A stretch of DNA of 64,000 nucleotides, taken from contig JANJGN010000036.1 in assembly GCA_026770705.1 (NCBI GenBank), positions 1,488,001 through 1,552,000 on the forward strand, in the 5' to 3' direction. The stretch is from Isurus oxyrinchus (lineage: Eukaryota). Of the stretch, positions 38,611 through 51,330 are shown piece by piece. The position numbers and the translations under genes are program-made. A model generated the notes under the pieces. The model was not told where the DNA came from, ran no database searches, and was given only the letters and a program-made list of their open reading frames with translations. Positions within the stretch are counted from its first letter, which is position 1; each line of letters starts with the position of its first letter.

Positions 38611-41439
38611 GCCCTGTTGCTGTTAACAGTTTCCAGAAATAACTGAAATATTATTCGGCCTCTGTGTGTTTATTGTGCTTTGGGGAAGGGTCACCAGTTT
38701 CACCAGAGTCAACACTGATTTATGAAAGTAAACGTTTCCTTGGCAATTCTGTTGCAACTTTTTTGATGTTTGTGGCTGGCAGGGTGAATAAGGGGCAAGA
38801 GTGGAGGTAGTGCATTTGGTTTCCACGTCAGTTGATGTACCCTGTATCACCGAAACCTACAGAGGTGCAGACCAAGAGCTGCAAAATTGTAATAGATTGC
38901 AGAGCTCTTCACTTCTGGGCCAGCACGGACACACTGTGAATAATGGCTGTAAGGATGTGAAAATAAATTCTCTCGTTTATATTGTTTGTGTTTTAATGTT
39001 TTTTTTGTCTAGGACCAAGAATCCGTGTGAGGAATTGAGAAAACATTCTTGGAAACATAATTAATAAAAAACTTTCAGCAAAATCAAAAGTGTCAGGTTA
39101 AACATTGACAATGTATTGTAGAGGAGTTACAGAGTACAGCAAAGTTTATCTACTCCCATTCTGAACGGGATTACAGTCTGATAACTGAACCAACTGTGCA
39201 CATTGCAGACTGAAATAATCCCCAACTACCATCTCCTGTCGATATCACCATGGGGAATGAGGAGAGAGCTCATGTACAGGGTGAGGTGGTAAAAGAACGA
39301 ATGCAACACCCGATCAATCTGTGCACCCTGTTGCAAACTTCCCCTTAAGGTATTGGTCAATATTCACTCTTCATCAGTCTTTTTGCAGATGCACCCCCCC
39401 CTAGACACCTCCCTCCCCCTGCAACCCCCACCCCCCCCAACACCCACCCCCCCCCCCCCCCCCCACCCCCCGTCCCCGTCCCCGTCCCTGCATTAGGAGT
39501 ACGGAAATCTAACCTGGGAAGAGGAGGAGCAGGGCGCAGAGAGTGAAGACGCCCATTGTCGGCGGCCGAGGCTGTGGCTGAAGTTGTGATTTTCACATTC
39601 GACACTTATTTCTCTGCGGGGTCGGAAGCCTCAATCCAGGCGGGGAACCGGGTGAAACAGTGAAATGCGGAACGCGGAAATTGGGCGCTACCTTTTAAAC
39701 ACAGGCGGTTGGAAAATACAGCAGGAGGTAAACGGTGACTCTGATCTTCCTCTTTACTCGCTCAGCTCCCACACACAGGTCTTGCCTGCAAAGCGATTGA
39801 AGAAGTTCACCCGCTGCTGTATTAAACGGTTTGCAACATATCCTTGTGCCCACTGCAGTCAGCAGCGGCTGTAACTCTGAACAATAAACTGCTGCTTTAA
39901 GGCGGAACACATTCGGCCTTCATAAAGATTGTAGAAATGTTTCGGTTCTTTTGGGGTGTATCAAACACTGGTGAGGTTGGTCCCATTTATTTTATTCTTC
40001 CATTCGTATTTGATAAATCATATTCCGTCTTTGGAAGGGGAGGTTGTGGAAGTTTTGACTCCCTTGGAATTAAGCACAATATGAAAGCTGATGCTTTCAA
40101 AAGCAATTACTGAGCACAGGAGATTTTGACCTTCCGGAATCCCATGTGAGGGCAATGGACTGAGGGCGCGTCCGTCATCTTAATTTAACGTTGAGTGGGT
40201 TGTGGGGGGTGGCGTTTATGCTTTGGTTCTGTTTGATTAAACAAATTGTAACCCCGTTGTTTAGAAATAATGCCGGCAAGTACTTCCTCACAGAGAAGGC
40301 ATTGGAAATCTGCGACCCATTCGTTTTACAGCAGGAAATTGAAACTAGCAAGTTTTTGTTGGGATTGTTGGGCGAGAGAATGGAATTAAGACACAGACCA
40401 AAAACGACATTCCTGAATGGCTGTAGAGGCTCACGGACTCCTCATGTTCCTAGGCTCTGGGACATGGATGGCTGCATCGAACATGTACCCATCCTGGTAA
40501 CATCAGTCGACACATACTGCAAGCTCTATTTAGAGTAAATGTTCTCCTTATTCTAGTTAGCGACTTAGGGTTCCTTACAAAGGATTTCTTTTGCTGGGAT
40601 AATTTCAGGCGTGGAGCTGGCCCGATTTCTGGTCTAATATACACGGACAGGGTTTGCAACGCTTAAAATGAAGCAACAGGACTTCTCTCTGGGATCTCAG
40701 AGCAGTTGTGCAGTTAATGTTGTCCATCTTGGATATTCGAGCCAAAATTATGAAGAAGAGTAGCTAGAAAATATAATAGAGAAAACAGTTAAGGCGTGAG
40801 AGATGTGCAAGTCACTCTGTTAATGCAACCGATTCAGTACTTTGAATTACATACAATGCAAAGCACAGAAGCAGATCATTCGGCCCATTTAATTCTGTCA
40901 CTGTTTATCCTTAAGACAAAGCTTTACCCATTGTTATGAAAGGGCAGATGAGGTGTGCCAGGCAAATCCACGAGGGAAAGTTGGTCGCTCCCTCACAAAG
41001 GCTTCACAATTTGTACGTGTTACGAAATCTGTGCACTGAATTCAGAAGTAAAACGTCCACCAAGGCATTTAGAGATTTTTAAAAAGTAAATGAAAATGTT
41101 CATTAACAAAATGAAAGGTGTCTAGCTCATACATAACGCCACGGTTACGACTGTAATACCTCCTAACAACCCTAATTAACCCGACCCCCCAGTTACACAC
41201 CATTTAAGGCAATGTTCCAAAATAGATGTTACTTTTGAAACAAACTCAGCATTTAACACAATATCCTGGACAGTGGAATTCAAAATTGATTTTCCCCAAC
41301 TTCGGTTTTGTTAAATTGCAGACTTATTGCACAAATCCTTGAGACTTCATTAAGTCTACTTCACACATTCTTGTTAGATCCTACATGGCATGGTGACACA
41401 TAGAATTTTCTTTTCCTTTATATATCTGCCTCCCTTACC

Positions 41440-41780
41440 AATATGTCGAAGAAGGCTTGGTGAGTTCCTGCTGTGCATCTTGTAGATGCTGCACAATTCT
41501 GCTGCTGTGCGTCGGTGGTGCAGGGACTGCATGTTTGTGGATAGGGTGCCAATAAAGCAGTCTGATTTGCCCTCTGTCCTGCATGGTGTCAAGCATCTTG
41601 ATTGTTGTTGGACAAGGCAAGCTGAGAGTATTCAATCACACCCCTGACTCGTGCTTTATAGACGGTGAACTGGCTTTGGGGAATCAGGAGGTGATTCACT
41701 CGCTGAAGGACTCCTAACCTCTGATGCTCTTATTGCCACCGTATTTATATCGCTAGACAAGTTCAGTTTCTGGTCCAAAG
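41440..41780 (-). mobile_element. Old LINE ORF2 C-terminal fragment
   Basis: SLHHRRTAAELCSIYKMH motif. Confidence 0.6.
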
Positions 41781-42259
41781 CTGAAGGGTTTAGGTACATA
41801 CCGGAGTTAAGTGGAACAACCCTAAATGGAACACACTAAAATGTATAATTCAGTTACTGAATGAGAAAAATTAAAGAGGTGAGCTACATCCCAGCCAATT
41901 CAAGAGCAATACTAAGAAACGTAGTGTACCAATTGGTATTTAATTACCGAAGGAGCACTGCAGATTAAAAGGCATCATCGAAACGCCAGGACATCTAGCT
42001 ATAAATAAAATTATGTTTGAAATAACAACGTCTTTAATTGGAATAAAATATGTCTAACCTTCATGATAATGAATTGTGCAGCTCTAATCCAGTCTATGTG
42101 CTAAACATATTCTGCCATAACACGGACTTAATAGGATGTCGTAATATGTTTGTTCCAATTTTGACAAGAAATTATTTTGCAATCGACATATCCCCCATGG
42201 ATCTCTCACATGGTATTAATTAAAGACTCTGCGAATGTACTGATTCAGAGTTTAATTCA

Positions 42260-42371
42260 ATGGAATTGACTGCAGAACGAAAGACTGGTTACTTCACAAA
42301 GAAAATGCTTGAAGCATTTTACGGCATCAGGAAAGTGTACTACACAATCCTTGCCATTATTGGTGTTCCAG
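42260..42371 (+). CDS. GPR139-like class A GPCR exon 1 (N-terminus and first part of TM1); no partner exon on + in this window
   Basis: (MELTAERKTGYFTKK)MLEAFYGIRKVYYTILAIIGVP, phase-1 donor CCAG|GTGAGT. The YYxxLAIIGVP ending fits exon 1 of the two-exon GPR139/142-like receptors I recall as expanded in sharks. Confidence 0.75.
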
Positions 42372-43322
42372 GTGAGTGAGTGAAACTGTTGAAGTCGTTC
42401 AAATACTTCTGAGTAGAGGTTGTGTTTGCTCATGACGTTACCGATTATGTTGTGAGCCGATGTATGGTCACTCTTATGCAGTCATTGGATCAGTTATATC
42501 ATTTCATTCATGCTGAATGGTCCTTGCCATTTTGTTCAATTCACCGAAGCTTGACACAAACAACTGCACTGAAGTCAACATTTCGTTGCATTACCATACT
42601 CCTTCATTTAGTGGAACATCTGCAACTGGTGAATCGAACATTGGTTTAGGCAACTCTCTTAGCAAAGTATGTAGTGAAATTTTCGATGCACGATGTGTGT
42701 CAATTGGCATAAAACACCAGGCACCAGACGGAATATATTTCGCCGTAGAATTTCCAGTCCGTACGGTTCACTAAATGGATTGGAGCAAAAGAGCCCAGTC
42801 TATGTATCACTGGCAGTGTATGTAATTGCACCATTGAGGGACTTCAGTTAATGTGCAGAGACTGTAGAAACTGGCATTGTTGTCTTCAGATAAGAGGAGA
42901 TGAAGGGGGTAGATTTAAACGAGCCGGTCAAAATCATGAGAGGTTACAATAGACTAAATAAGAAGAAACTGGTACTGCTAGCAGATGGATCGCTAACCAG
43001 AAGGACACAGAATGAAGATTTTAATATAAGCGATTTGTTGTGATCTGGAAGGCGCTGCCTGAAAAGGTGATAGAAGCAGATTTAAAAGGAACTTGCAAAA
43101 GGGAAATTAGATAAATGATGATGGAGAGATATGTTCATGGATATTGGACGAAGAGCAGGGAGAATAAGACTAATTACATGCCTCTTTCAAAGGGCCTACA
43201 CTGGAACGACCGCAAGAATGGAATGCTTCTCGGCCTCCTTTTGGATCACGTTTCCCATCAGAGAATCCCAGAAGAAGAATCATTTCGCCGAGCAGCAGTT
43301 TCGAAGTATTTTGTCCCTGTAG

Positions 43323-45943
43323 GATGGTGCAATTCGGCCCTTATTGTTAGCATAATTGTCCTGGTGATGCTCTTGGTCGTTATTTCCATCAGGATTAGTA
43401 AAAGTGGCAGATCAGATGAGGGTTAATATTCATCAGGGATGTTTTTTTTTCTCTATCTGATTCGCTTCTCGCAGTTTTAAATTGCTAATTTACTTTCTGC
43501 TTCCAGGATAACGCGACAAGAGATCCCACAATGAAAATTGAGTAACTGAACCATTTGAAATGTTCACATCGAACAGCATCTCTATATTTATGACTGGGTC
43601 TAACCCAGTTCAACCCCAACAATGATTCCAATGGTATATGCTAACGTTTTTCATGAGCTTTTAAGATTAATACGAACAATTTTCTTCTCAGCTAATTTTG
43701 GCGCCCACGCCAGGATTCACAATACATAACACGTATTTGAAATTTTTGTTCGCATTCAGGTTTAACCTGGGAGAGAGAAGACAAAGACAGCGACAGAATG
43801 AGGAACAAACGGGTAAGTCCCAGTGACATGTTGGCACTGGTTAAATCTCAGTGGGTGGAATAGGAAAAAAGCGTAAGAGCATTTACCGCCATCAAATTGT
43901 TCCACAATCACAGGGCTTTCTCTGGGTCCCATGGCAAATGTCATTTTCTGATTACTAAGGGTGGAAATAATACACCAGTTGGGCAATAGTCGCCAGGCAC
44001 TTTTGGTAGACAATGCTTGTCTATCCATTGGCGAATTTAACTTCACTGAAGTGTTGAGGAAACTTCCGTGTATTGGGCGGACCTCCTGTGGATTGGGGGC
44101 CTGTTGACATTTTGGGGTCATTTTGTGCATTGGCAGAACATTAGCGAATGGTGAATTTGTAAGAATTGTGGAATAGCCAAACAGGTTTAACATTTCAATT
44201 TATAACTTAACCTTTAATAACACAGATGGCCATCGTCAAATAGAGGCAAAGCGAGAACATCGGGATGCAAGACAGGTAAGGTTTTTGAAATTGCTGCAAG
44301 AATATGCAAAAGGTCGTTTTTTTGGGGGGGATAAGAATCAAGGCTTCCCAAGTTGATATTTCATGCGCTTGTCAGAGAGCAGGCCACAGTCTGGAGAACC
44401 TGATTAAAAACAAAAATCCCACTCGCCCTTACAAATGGAACCTGAAAATATTCCCTAGCTCCTCTCCCCATCTGAAAATAGAAAGGAGAGGTCAAACTTC
44501 CACGTAGAATGTCTCCGTCACACTTAACGGTGGAGTTCCAGCAGTTCATATTTTAGATTTCTGCTATTTTCGTTTATGTTTCCATTGAGTCGTACCCCGC
44601 TCGCTCAATTCCCATCTTTTCTTTCCTTCAACTCAACCGAATTCGTACATACATTAGCCAATGGAATTACTGGGAAGATTTGACCAAACCCCGGGGCGTT
44701 TTATAGATAAATCAAAATGTGCTTCTGTTGTAAGCGGGCTAAGAAGGATCAGTTTGCGCAGAAAGTCTGTGCGTATGTGTGTTTGTCTGTGTGTGTGTGC
44801 GCGCGTGTGTACAGAGACTTCAGCACATAGTCTAGGCTGAACATCCAGAGCAAACGTTGCACTGTCTGAGGTGCGGTTTTCGCATGAAACGTTAAACCGA
44901 GGCCCTGTCAGCCCTCTCAGGTCGGGATAAAAGGTGATTCCGTTATTATGGCAAACGGAACAGTGGTGGGATGTTGGAGGAAGCGGTGTGCGAGGGTTGG
45001 GGGTCGGGGACGGGTTCTCTCTGCTTTCCGGTTTCATATTTGATCTCTGAACCAGCACCTCAAAAATAAATGATCTAGCTCATTAATTCATTGCTGTTTA
45101 TGGAGCCTTCAGGTACGTAAGTACTCTACCGCGTTGCTTTGAAAACTAAGGCTTCACGTGAAAAGAGTGGATGTGAAGATTATTAGGTTTCTGCAGTTCA
45201 TCAGAGGGGCTACATAAGCACAAGTCCTTTGATTGCATTTGGGTCATTCTTCTGAATGTGATGAATTCTGTGGGCTCTACTTAATCGTGTAGATGGCACA
45301 TGATGAAACTTAGTAATCGGATTGGCCAATTAACAACAAAGTAATCCAAATGAAATTCATAGACTGGTTATTCAAACTGTTTATTCCCAGTTGCTTTGCA
45401 CATGCTGTTGCTCGGTTGCAAAACATCAATTCAGGCAATTCTTTCAGATTCAAATAGCGGAAAAATTCCTCAATTTGATATAGAGGGCATGTGAAACCCA
45501 TTCAATAGCAACTTTCAAGAAGGAATTATAAACATAATGAAAAGAGAAAATAATGTCAGCGGTAAGGGGCTGACAGGGGTACAGTTGGCCAAACTATGTT
45601 TTTCAAAGAGCTGGTACAGACGCAATTGTCTCAAAAAGCCTCCTTCTGTGCTGTATCATTCTATAATTCCATGTAACGTAGTTGCGAGGGTGGATAATTT
45701 TACTTATCCTTTAACTACTTTTCACTGTTAATGTTTGATATCTCTCCCAGAATCAAGGCGGACCTCTCTACGCCTCCCCGGACTTGACAGCATTGGATAA
45801 CAGATCAAAAAAGAAGGCAGGTCGTAGATGAGGATCGGGCCGTTTTCTCTCTGATGAATTATGGAGGAGACAGGATTTGCCAAAGAAACAACAGACTTCT
45901 GGAAATAAACATGGAGCCAAGGAGACTCCCATCAAAAAATTAA
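43323..45943 (+). pseudogene. Decayed IgSF/SIRP-like receptor gene A: TM exon and four cytoplasmic exons
   Basis: Exons 43323-43421 (WCNSALIVSIIVLVMLLVVISIRISKSGRSDE, phase 1-1), 43507-43541, 43760-43812, 44226-44275 and 45751 onward (NQGGPLYASPDLTAL...). All have AG acceptors and the internal ones GT donors. The last four join in frame; one frameshift at the TM/cyt1 junction. Confidence 0.6.
44820..45230 (+). mobile_element. DeuSINE (SacSINE1-like)
   Basis: CTAGGCTGA...GCACTGTCTGAGGTGC...GTTAAACCGAGGCCCTGTC.GCCCTCTCAGGT...ATTGCTGTTTATGGAGC...GGCTACATAAGCACAAGTC. Inverted remnants at ~52560-52835 and ~62400-62550. Confidence 0.7.
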
Positions 45944-47531
45944 AATTTCCCCGTGCACTGGCCAGAACTTACAAAGACTAGCTCATTTTGCTAAATGTAG
46001 AAGTGGTTTTGAGTATTATTAAGGATATCCTGCCGATATCATTTAATTCAAGTTTGAAAGAAACATTGAGCAAAGACTAAGGACTTTCGTTAGTTTCTCC
46101 GGAATTTTTCTGCTGATTATCTTAGTCCGGTTAGTGACAGGATGTTAATTTCTTTATAAATGTCTGTATGTAAATCAAATAAATTATTCTTAGATTACAA
46201 CAATGCACCAGAGGTTTGTATTGATTAATAAATAATTATAATTAAATGTCATTTGGTTCAAACTACAATTTCTGTTAAACTGACAGTATCAGGCCTTGAT
46301 TGAGATGCTGCTAGATGTGGGTCTCTTTGTCTGAGATGTGATGTGCTTTCTCATTTACTGAATTATAATACAGCGGGAGAGGAACACGGGCAGTGATTCA
46401 GGGAACTTGTGATGTTTCCATTTCATTTTTACACAGTGACGTTTTGTTTATGTTGAACTTTAAACCTATATGTCAGAGATTTACTGTGAGCTTAGTGCGT
46501 TTTTGAGCGAGATTTGCTGTGGAAGGTGGATTGTAGATCTGGCCCTCTTTCCCTCAGAAAGCTGTTGAAGCTTGTATCCATTGCATTTTGTTGCAAAAGT
46601 GTATTAAGAAATCTGGAAACAAGGTGAAAGGGTGCAGTTTTGTACGTGAAGATCAATGTTGTTTTTATATATTTTGGGGACATGGTGGTGTTCCATGAAG
46701 AATTATGTGTGTGTCTGTATGTGTGTGTGTCCATGGCTAATTAAGCTCGGGAATGTCAGTAAAGACGGATAGCCTGTGGGAACTTAGAGGTGAAAGATAA
46801 AGGAGCTGGATGCATGCATTTGTAATTAGAGGCTATGGTGAAGTTATTATAAGTAAATACATTGTTTTTTGTTAAAGGGGATGAGGTATTAAGAAGAGAT
46901 TGTCTTTTCAGAAGCTAATATTTCATAAAGAAATAAAAGGGAGGTAATTAAATTGTATTTGACGTGGATGTGGAAGCAATAGGGAGGCACGAAGGATTTT
47001 TTACTTCGGAAAACCTGAGTTAAAGGGGATGCTTAACACAGTGGAGCACTGGATGAAAGTGGAAAATTGATAATTAACGGACATGCTTAGTTGAGATAAG
47101 ATTGCTGTCTGTGTGTGTGTGTGGGGGGGGGGGGGGGTGGGGGGGGGGGATGCCCTTAGAGCAGCTCTGTGCCGAGAAAAATATGGAATTTGAAGCAGCC
47201 GTCCGATTTCAACACAGAGAAGTATTTGCTTTCAAGCGGGAGACTGTTTCTGTACTTCTTTCGGATTTCCCCAGCAGTCTAGATGAGAGTGAGACATCGT
47301 GTGGTATAGAGTACTAAAGTAGGTTTTCCCTTGGGTAATTATTACTGGAGTTTTACGGTTAGAGTTCCAAAAGGGACCTGCTTCCAAATGAATTAATTGT
47401 GAATTCTGAAAAGCAAGGTTTATTTCGGAAGGATTCCTTGTCAGCCTGCTTCAACTGAAAATTTTATCTTGTGCGATTAAGATTTTTTCCGCTTGTTCAT
47501 AAACCTTTCAGTATAAGAATCGTAAAAGTTA

Positions 47532-47589
<58 letters not shown>

Positions 47590-49574
47590 TATTCTTATGA
47601 CTCGTGAGACAAGTTGCCCTCTGGGATTTCACTTGCTCAGTGAATTACACTCTTTAAGGTTGTAAAATGCACTTTAAAAAGCAATGGTCACAAACCTTAT
47701 TTTTCAATGTTAATGTTTATAATATTGCGTGTATAAAGCAAAGATATTAGGTCACCTCCGTGAAGCATCCTTTGAATTCCACTTACAAATTTAACAATGT
47801 ATTTTAGTGTGAAGACGAAGTTCCATTATTGACGTACACAGTTCAGAGCAAAGGGCTTTCAGTCACTGCTCATGTATTCTGCTTTACAAAATTCAAATTT
47901 ATTTTCAGAACAGAAGCAGGCCATTTAGCCCCTCTGCTCATTCCTGGTCTTTCTGCTCCACACGATCCTCCTCCCACACCCTCTACACCCCAGCAACATA
48001 TCTTCATATTGGTTATGTATTTATCCACCTTCCTCTTAAGTGCATCTTAGCTATTTAAGTCGGCCACTTGCTTTGGTTGCCATTTATGCCTTCTTTCCTT
48101 TCTTCTGGTAGAATTCCTGAATTCGTTTTTGGAATTATTAGTGAATATCAAATGTTGATCTCCTTTAATATAGCTCTGCCTGCAAATGGAAACGTTGACT
48201 CTCTGCCTCAACATTAGAAAGTAACCCTTCAATCTTTTGTTTTGAGGAGAAAAGAGGCCCAGACTGTTCAATCTTGCCTAATATCATAAACTATCAGTTA
48301 TGGTATCATTATTGGAGAATTGTTGCCACTTTTGAACCGCACATATCTGGTCAATAAAGATATCCTGTAACTTGCCATTGCACATTCACTGAGCATACCT
48401 GCACTAAGGATCAAACAGCCTGATTCCCAAATACAATCTTGGGTGTCAAAACGTCTTTAATGGATTCCTAAACTGTACTCTGATGCGCTCATTCCTGTTA
48501 AAGCGCGACACAAAGATACACAATGAACTTAGAAACAACATGGCAGGAAAGTAAAACTATATTGTAACTGAACAGAAAGCTAAGATTCCCGAAAGCCAAG
48601 TTAAATTTGAAACGTAGTCTACTCTGTCAGACTTGTTTACTCTTCAGTTGGTGACGAATCTTCGGGATGTATTGCTCATTATTATTAATAAACGTGAATT
48701 CAGCCGGGAACAGAATTTGAGATGGCTGTCTCTTGGAAATCCTCACACCTCCAGGCTTTCCTCTAATAAGTCCACAACAGAGGAAAATTTCCAATGCGCA
48801 TCAATGGCCGGAAGCATAACTTTAGCTCTCAATATCTTTTGCAATGATACTGTGGGATCCGCAATAAACGCCAACCGAGCAACAAGAGACAGTAAAGCAA
48901 AAGGCAAACAATTATCGTGAGCTACACCATTATCAGCAGGCCGTTCAGTTCTTTGAGCATGTTCTGCCTTTCAAAAGGATCTTTCCATCCATAGTTACAG
49001 ACTTGTCATGTACTCGTGCTCTGGAATGTGTCAGTTCATGTTCCTGATAGAAACTGGATTTTAATTGGTCTTGAAATGGCCACATTTCACATTCAAACGG
49101 CCGAAGGTGCCAACAACTCAATGATACATGGAGGCATTGAGAGCGCCGTTGAGCTCCAGCATCTCCCTGTAAGCGTTTCCTGTCGGCCAATCCCTGGGAT
49201 TCCTTCTCCCGACCACAAGAGACATCCTAGAAAGAGAAACCCGCGGCAAACGATGTCCCAGAAAGCGGGAGCTGCAGGCGGTAGGGAGCAAAAATTTAAA
49301 AATGACCTTATATTTCGGAAGAAATCCAGCAACCCGAGCCTTCTGACTCTTGCACAAGGTTCAAATAGGTACAACACCACCTATAGAGCGCAGCTCGGAA
49401 TGGGCAATCAACGTCTATCTTTTCACTGTAACCAACATAACCAAGCATGATTAAAAAACATTTGAAAATGATTAGATAAGGGAAGGAGATTTTCAAATTT
49501 GAAGATAAATTGATGGATAGATAGAGAGCGACAGTCACATGGACAGTGTGTGAGAGAATGAAAGTGAGAGGGAG

Positions 49575-50200
49575 ACGGATGAATGTATAGATAGATAGTT
49601 AGATAGATAGATAGATACATAGATACATAGATACATAGATGCATAGATGGATATATCGATAGATGTATCGTTAGTTAGATGGATGGATAGCTAGATAGAT
49701 AGATAGATGGATGCATAGATAGATAGATGCCTAAATAGATAAATGTCTAGAAAGATAGATGGATCTCTGGATAGATACATAGATGTTTAGATAGATAGAT
49801 AGGTAGACAGGTAGATAGATAGTTAGATTGATAGATAGATGTCTAGATAGATGCATAGATAGATGACTAGGTAGATAGATAGAGAGATAGATAGATGGGT
49901 ATGTTGATGGATAATTGGATAGATAGTTGGATAGATGGATGGATAGATGAATCACAAGATTGATAGATAGATGGATGGATAGATGGGTCACAAGATTGAT
50001 AGATAGATGGATAGATGGATGGTCACAAGATTGATAGATAGATGGATAGGTAGTTGCATGGATAGATGGATGGATAAGTGGATGGATAGATAGATGGATA
50101 GATAGATGGATGTTTAGATAGACAGATGACTATGTAGATCGATAGATGGATGTCCAGATAGATAGATGGATGTCTGGATAGATAGATAGAATGAAAGAAA
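49575..50200. repeat. (GATA/GATG)n tetranucleotide array; paralog at 59940-60410
   Basis: Visible directly. Confidence 0.95.
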
Positions 50201-50639
50201 GATACATTGGATGCGACCGCGAATTACATAGATATATTTATAATATACAAATGCATCAATACTTACTGGAACCCCAGGCAGGTTCTGTTCGCTGTATAAA
50301 TGTTAACTGTCCACTCGGACACTTCTAGAAAGAACAACCTCTTTTAAATGCGTTAAGCATGACTACACTTTCGCAAATTGGCACTGGCTGTCCTTAACGG
50401 ACCCGTCTATTTATGAGTTCTCACCATATTAATTTACAATAAATTTTTCTCATCGTTTGGCGGCCATGCGTCAAAGTATAATTATCTTATAGCCATCCAG
50501 CGAATTCCTTTATTATTTCATGGGTGAAACCTTATGTGGAGACCGTTTTTCAGGAAGGATATAGATTGCGGTTTTTGCGAGGCTAGTGATATTCTTTGGG
50601 CTGTATATTCACTTCAAATAAATCTTTCAATCGGGTAGC

Positions 50640-51330
50640 AGAGCAGAGGGTGCCCATGTACAGGCACAAAAGTCATTGAAAGTAGTGAGAGGAGATAAAA
50701 AAAATATTTTAAAAAAGGCCCAGCAATGTAAAGTACAAAAGCGACATTCACCCTATATCAAAACCTAGCTTGATCACACTTAGGGTCCTGTGAACATTTC
50801 TGGTCTCCATATCATAAAGAGATTATAGAGACACAGGGAAAGGCACAAAGAAGAAAAATTTTACTGGAAGGATAACAAAACTGAAAGGTGATAACAGTCA
50901 GGGATGTATGAACAGGTTAACTTCTTTTTTGAGAAATGAGTAGACTTTGAGGTGACCTGGTGAATGTTTTTAAGACTATGAAAGAGATTTTCGGGCAGGC
51001 AGAGAGAAGGAATTAGCGTTTCTTTTGAGAAACCAGTACAAAAAGCCATCAATTTTAGGTAGTCGATAATGAATCCAATCGAGAATTCAGGTGAAACATT
51101 TTAACCAGAGTCCGGGGATATTGTGGAGCTCGTTCCCATAGGGAGTGCTTTAGGTGAATTACAGAGAAGGAATAAAGGGTGATGCTGTATAAACACATGA
51201 GGGAGAACGGAACAGAAGGATATGTTGATAGAGGTCAGGTGAGGAGGGGTGGTGGGAAGTGCTTTTGGAGCAGAAACACCAGCATCGAGCCAAATGATAG
51301 AATACAATATTTCGGTGCTGGTAGTTCTAT
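50640..51330 (+). mobile_element. Decayed CR1 3' end (paralogous copy at ~61130-61860)
   Basis: CR1-like 3' sequence; both copies lie inside the 49.5/59.9 kb duplication. Confidence 0.6.

Noticed and set aside
40557-40800. V-domain-like fragments (YTDRV, QDFSL-IS)
   Set aside because: No recognisable first Cys or DxxxYxC motif; too degenerate to call.
40932-41398. Possible solo LTR (TGTTA...TGACA)
   Set aside because: Only a 3-bp flanking match (CAT) and no internal retroviral sequence.
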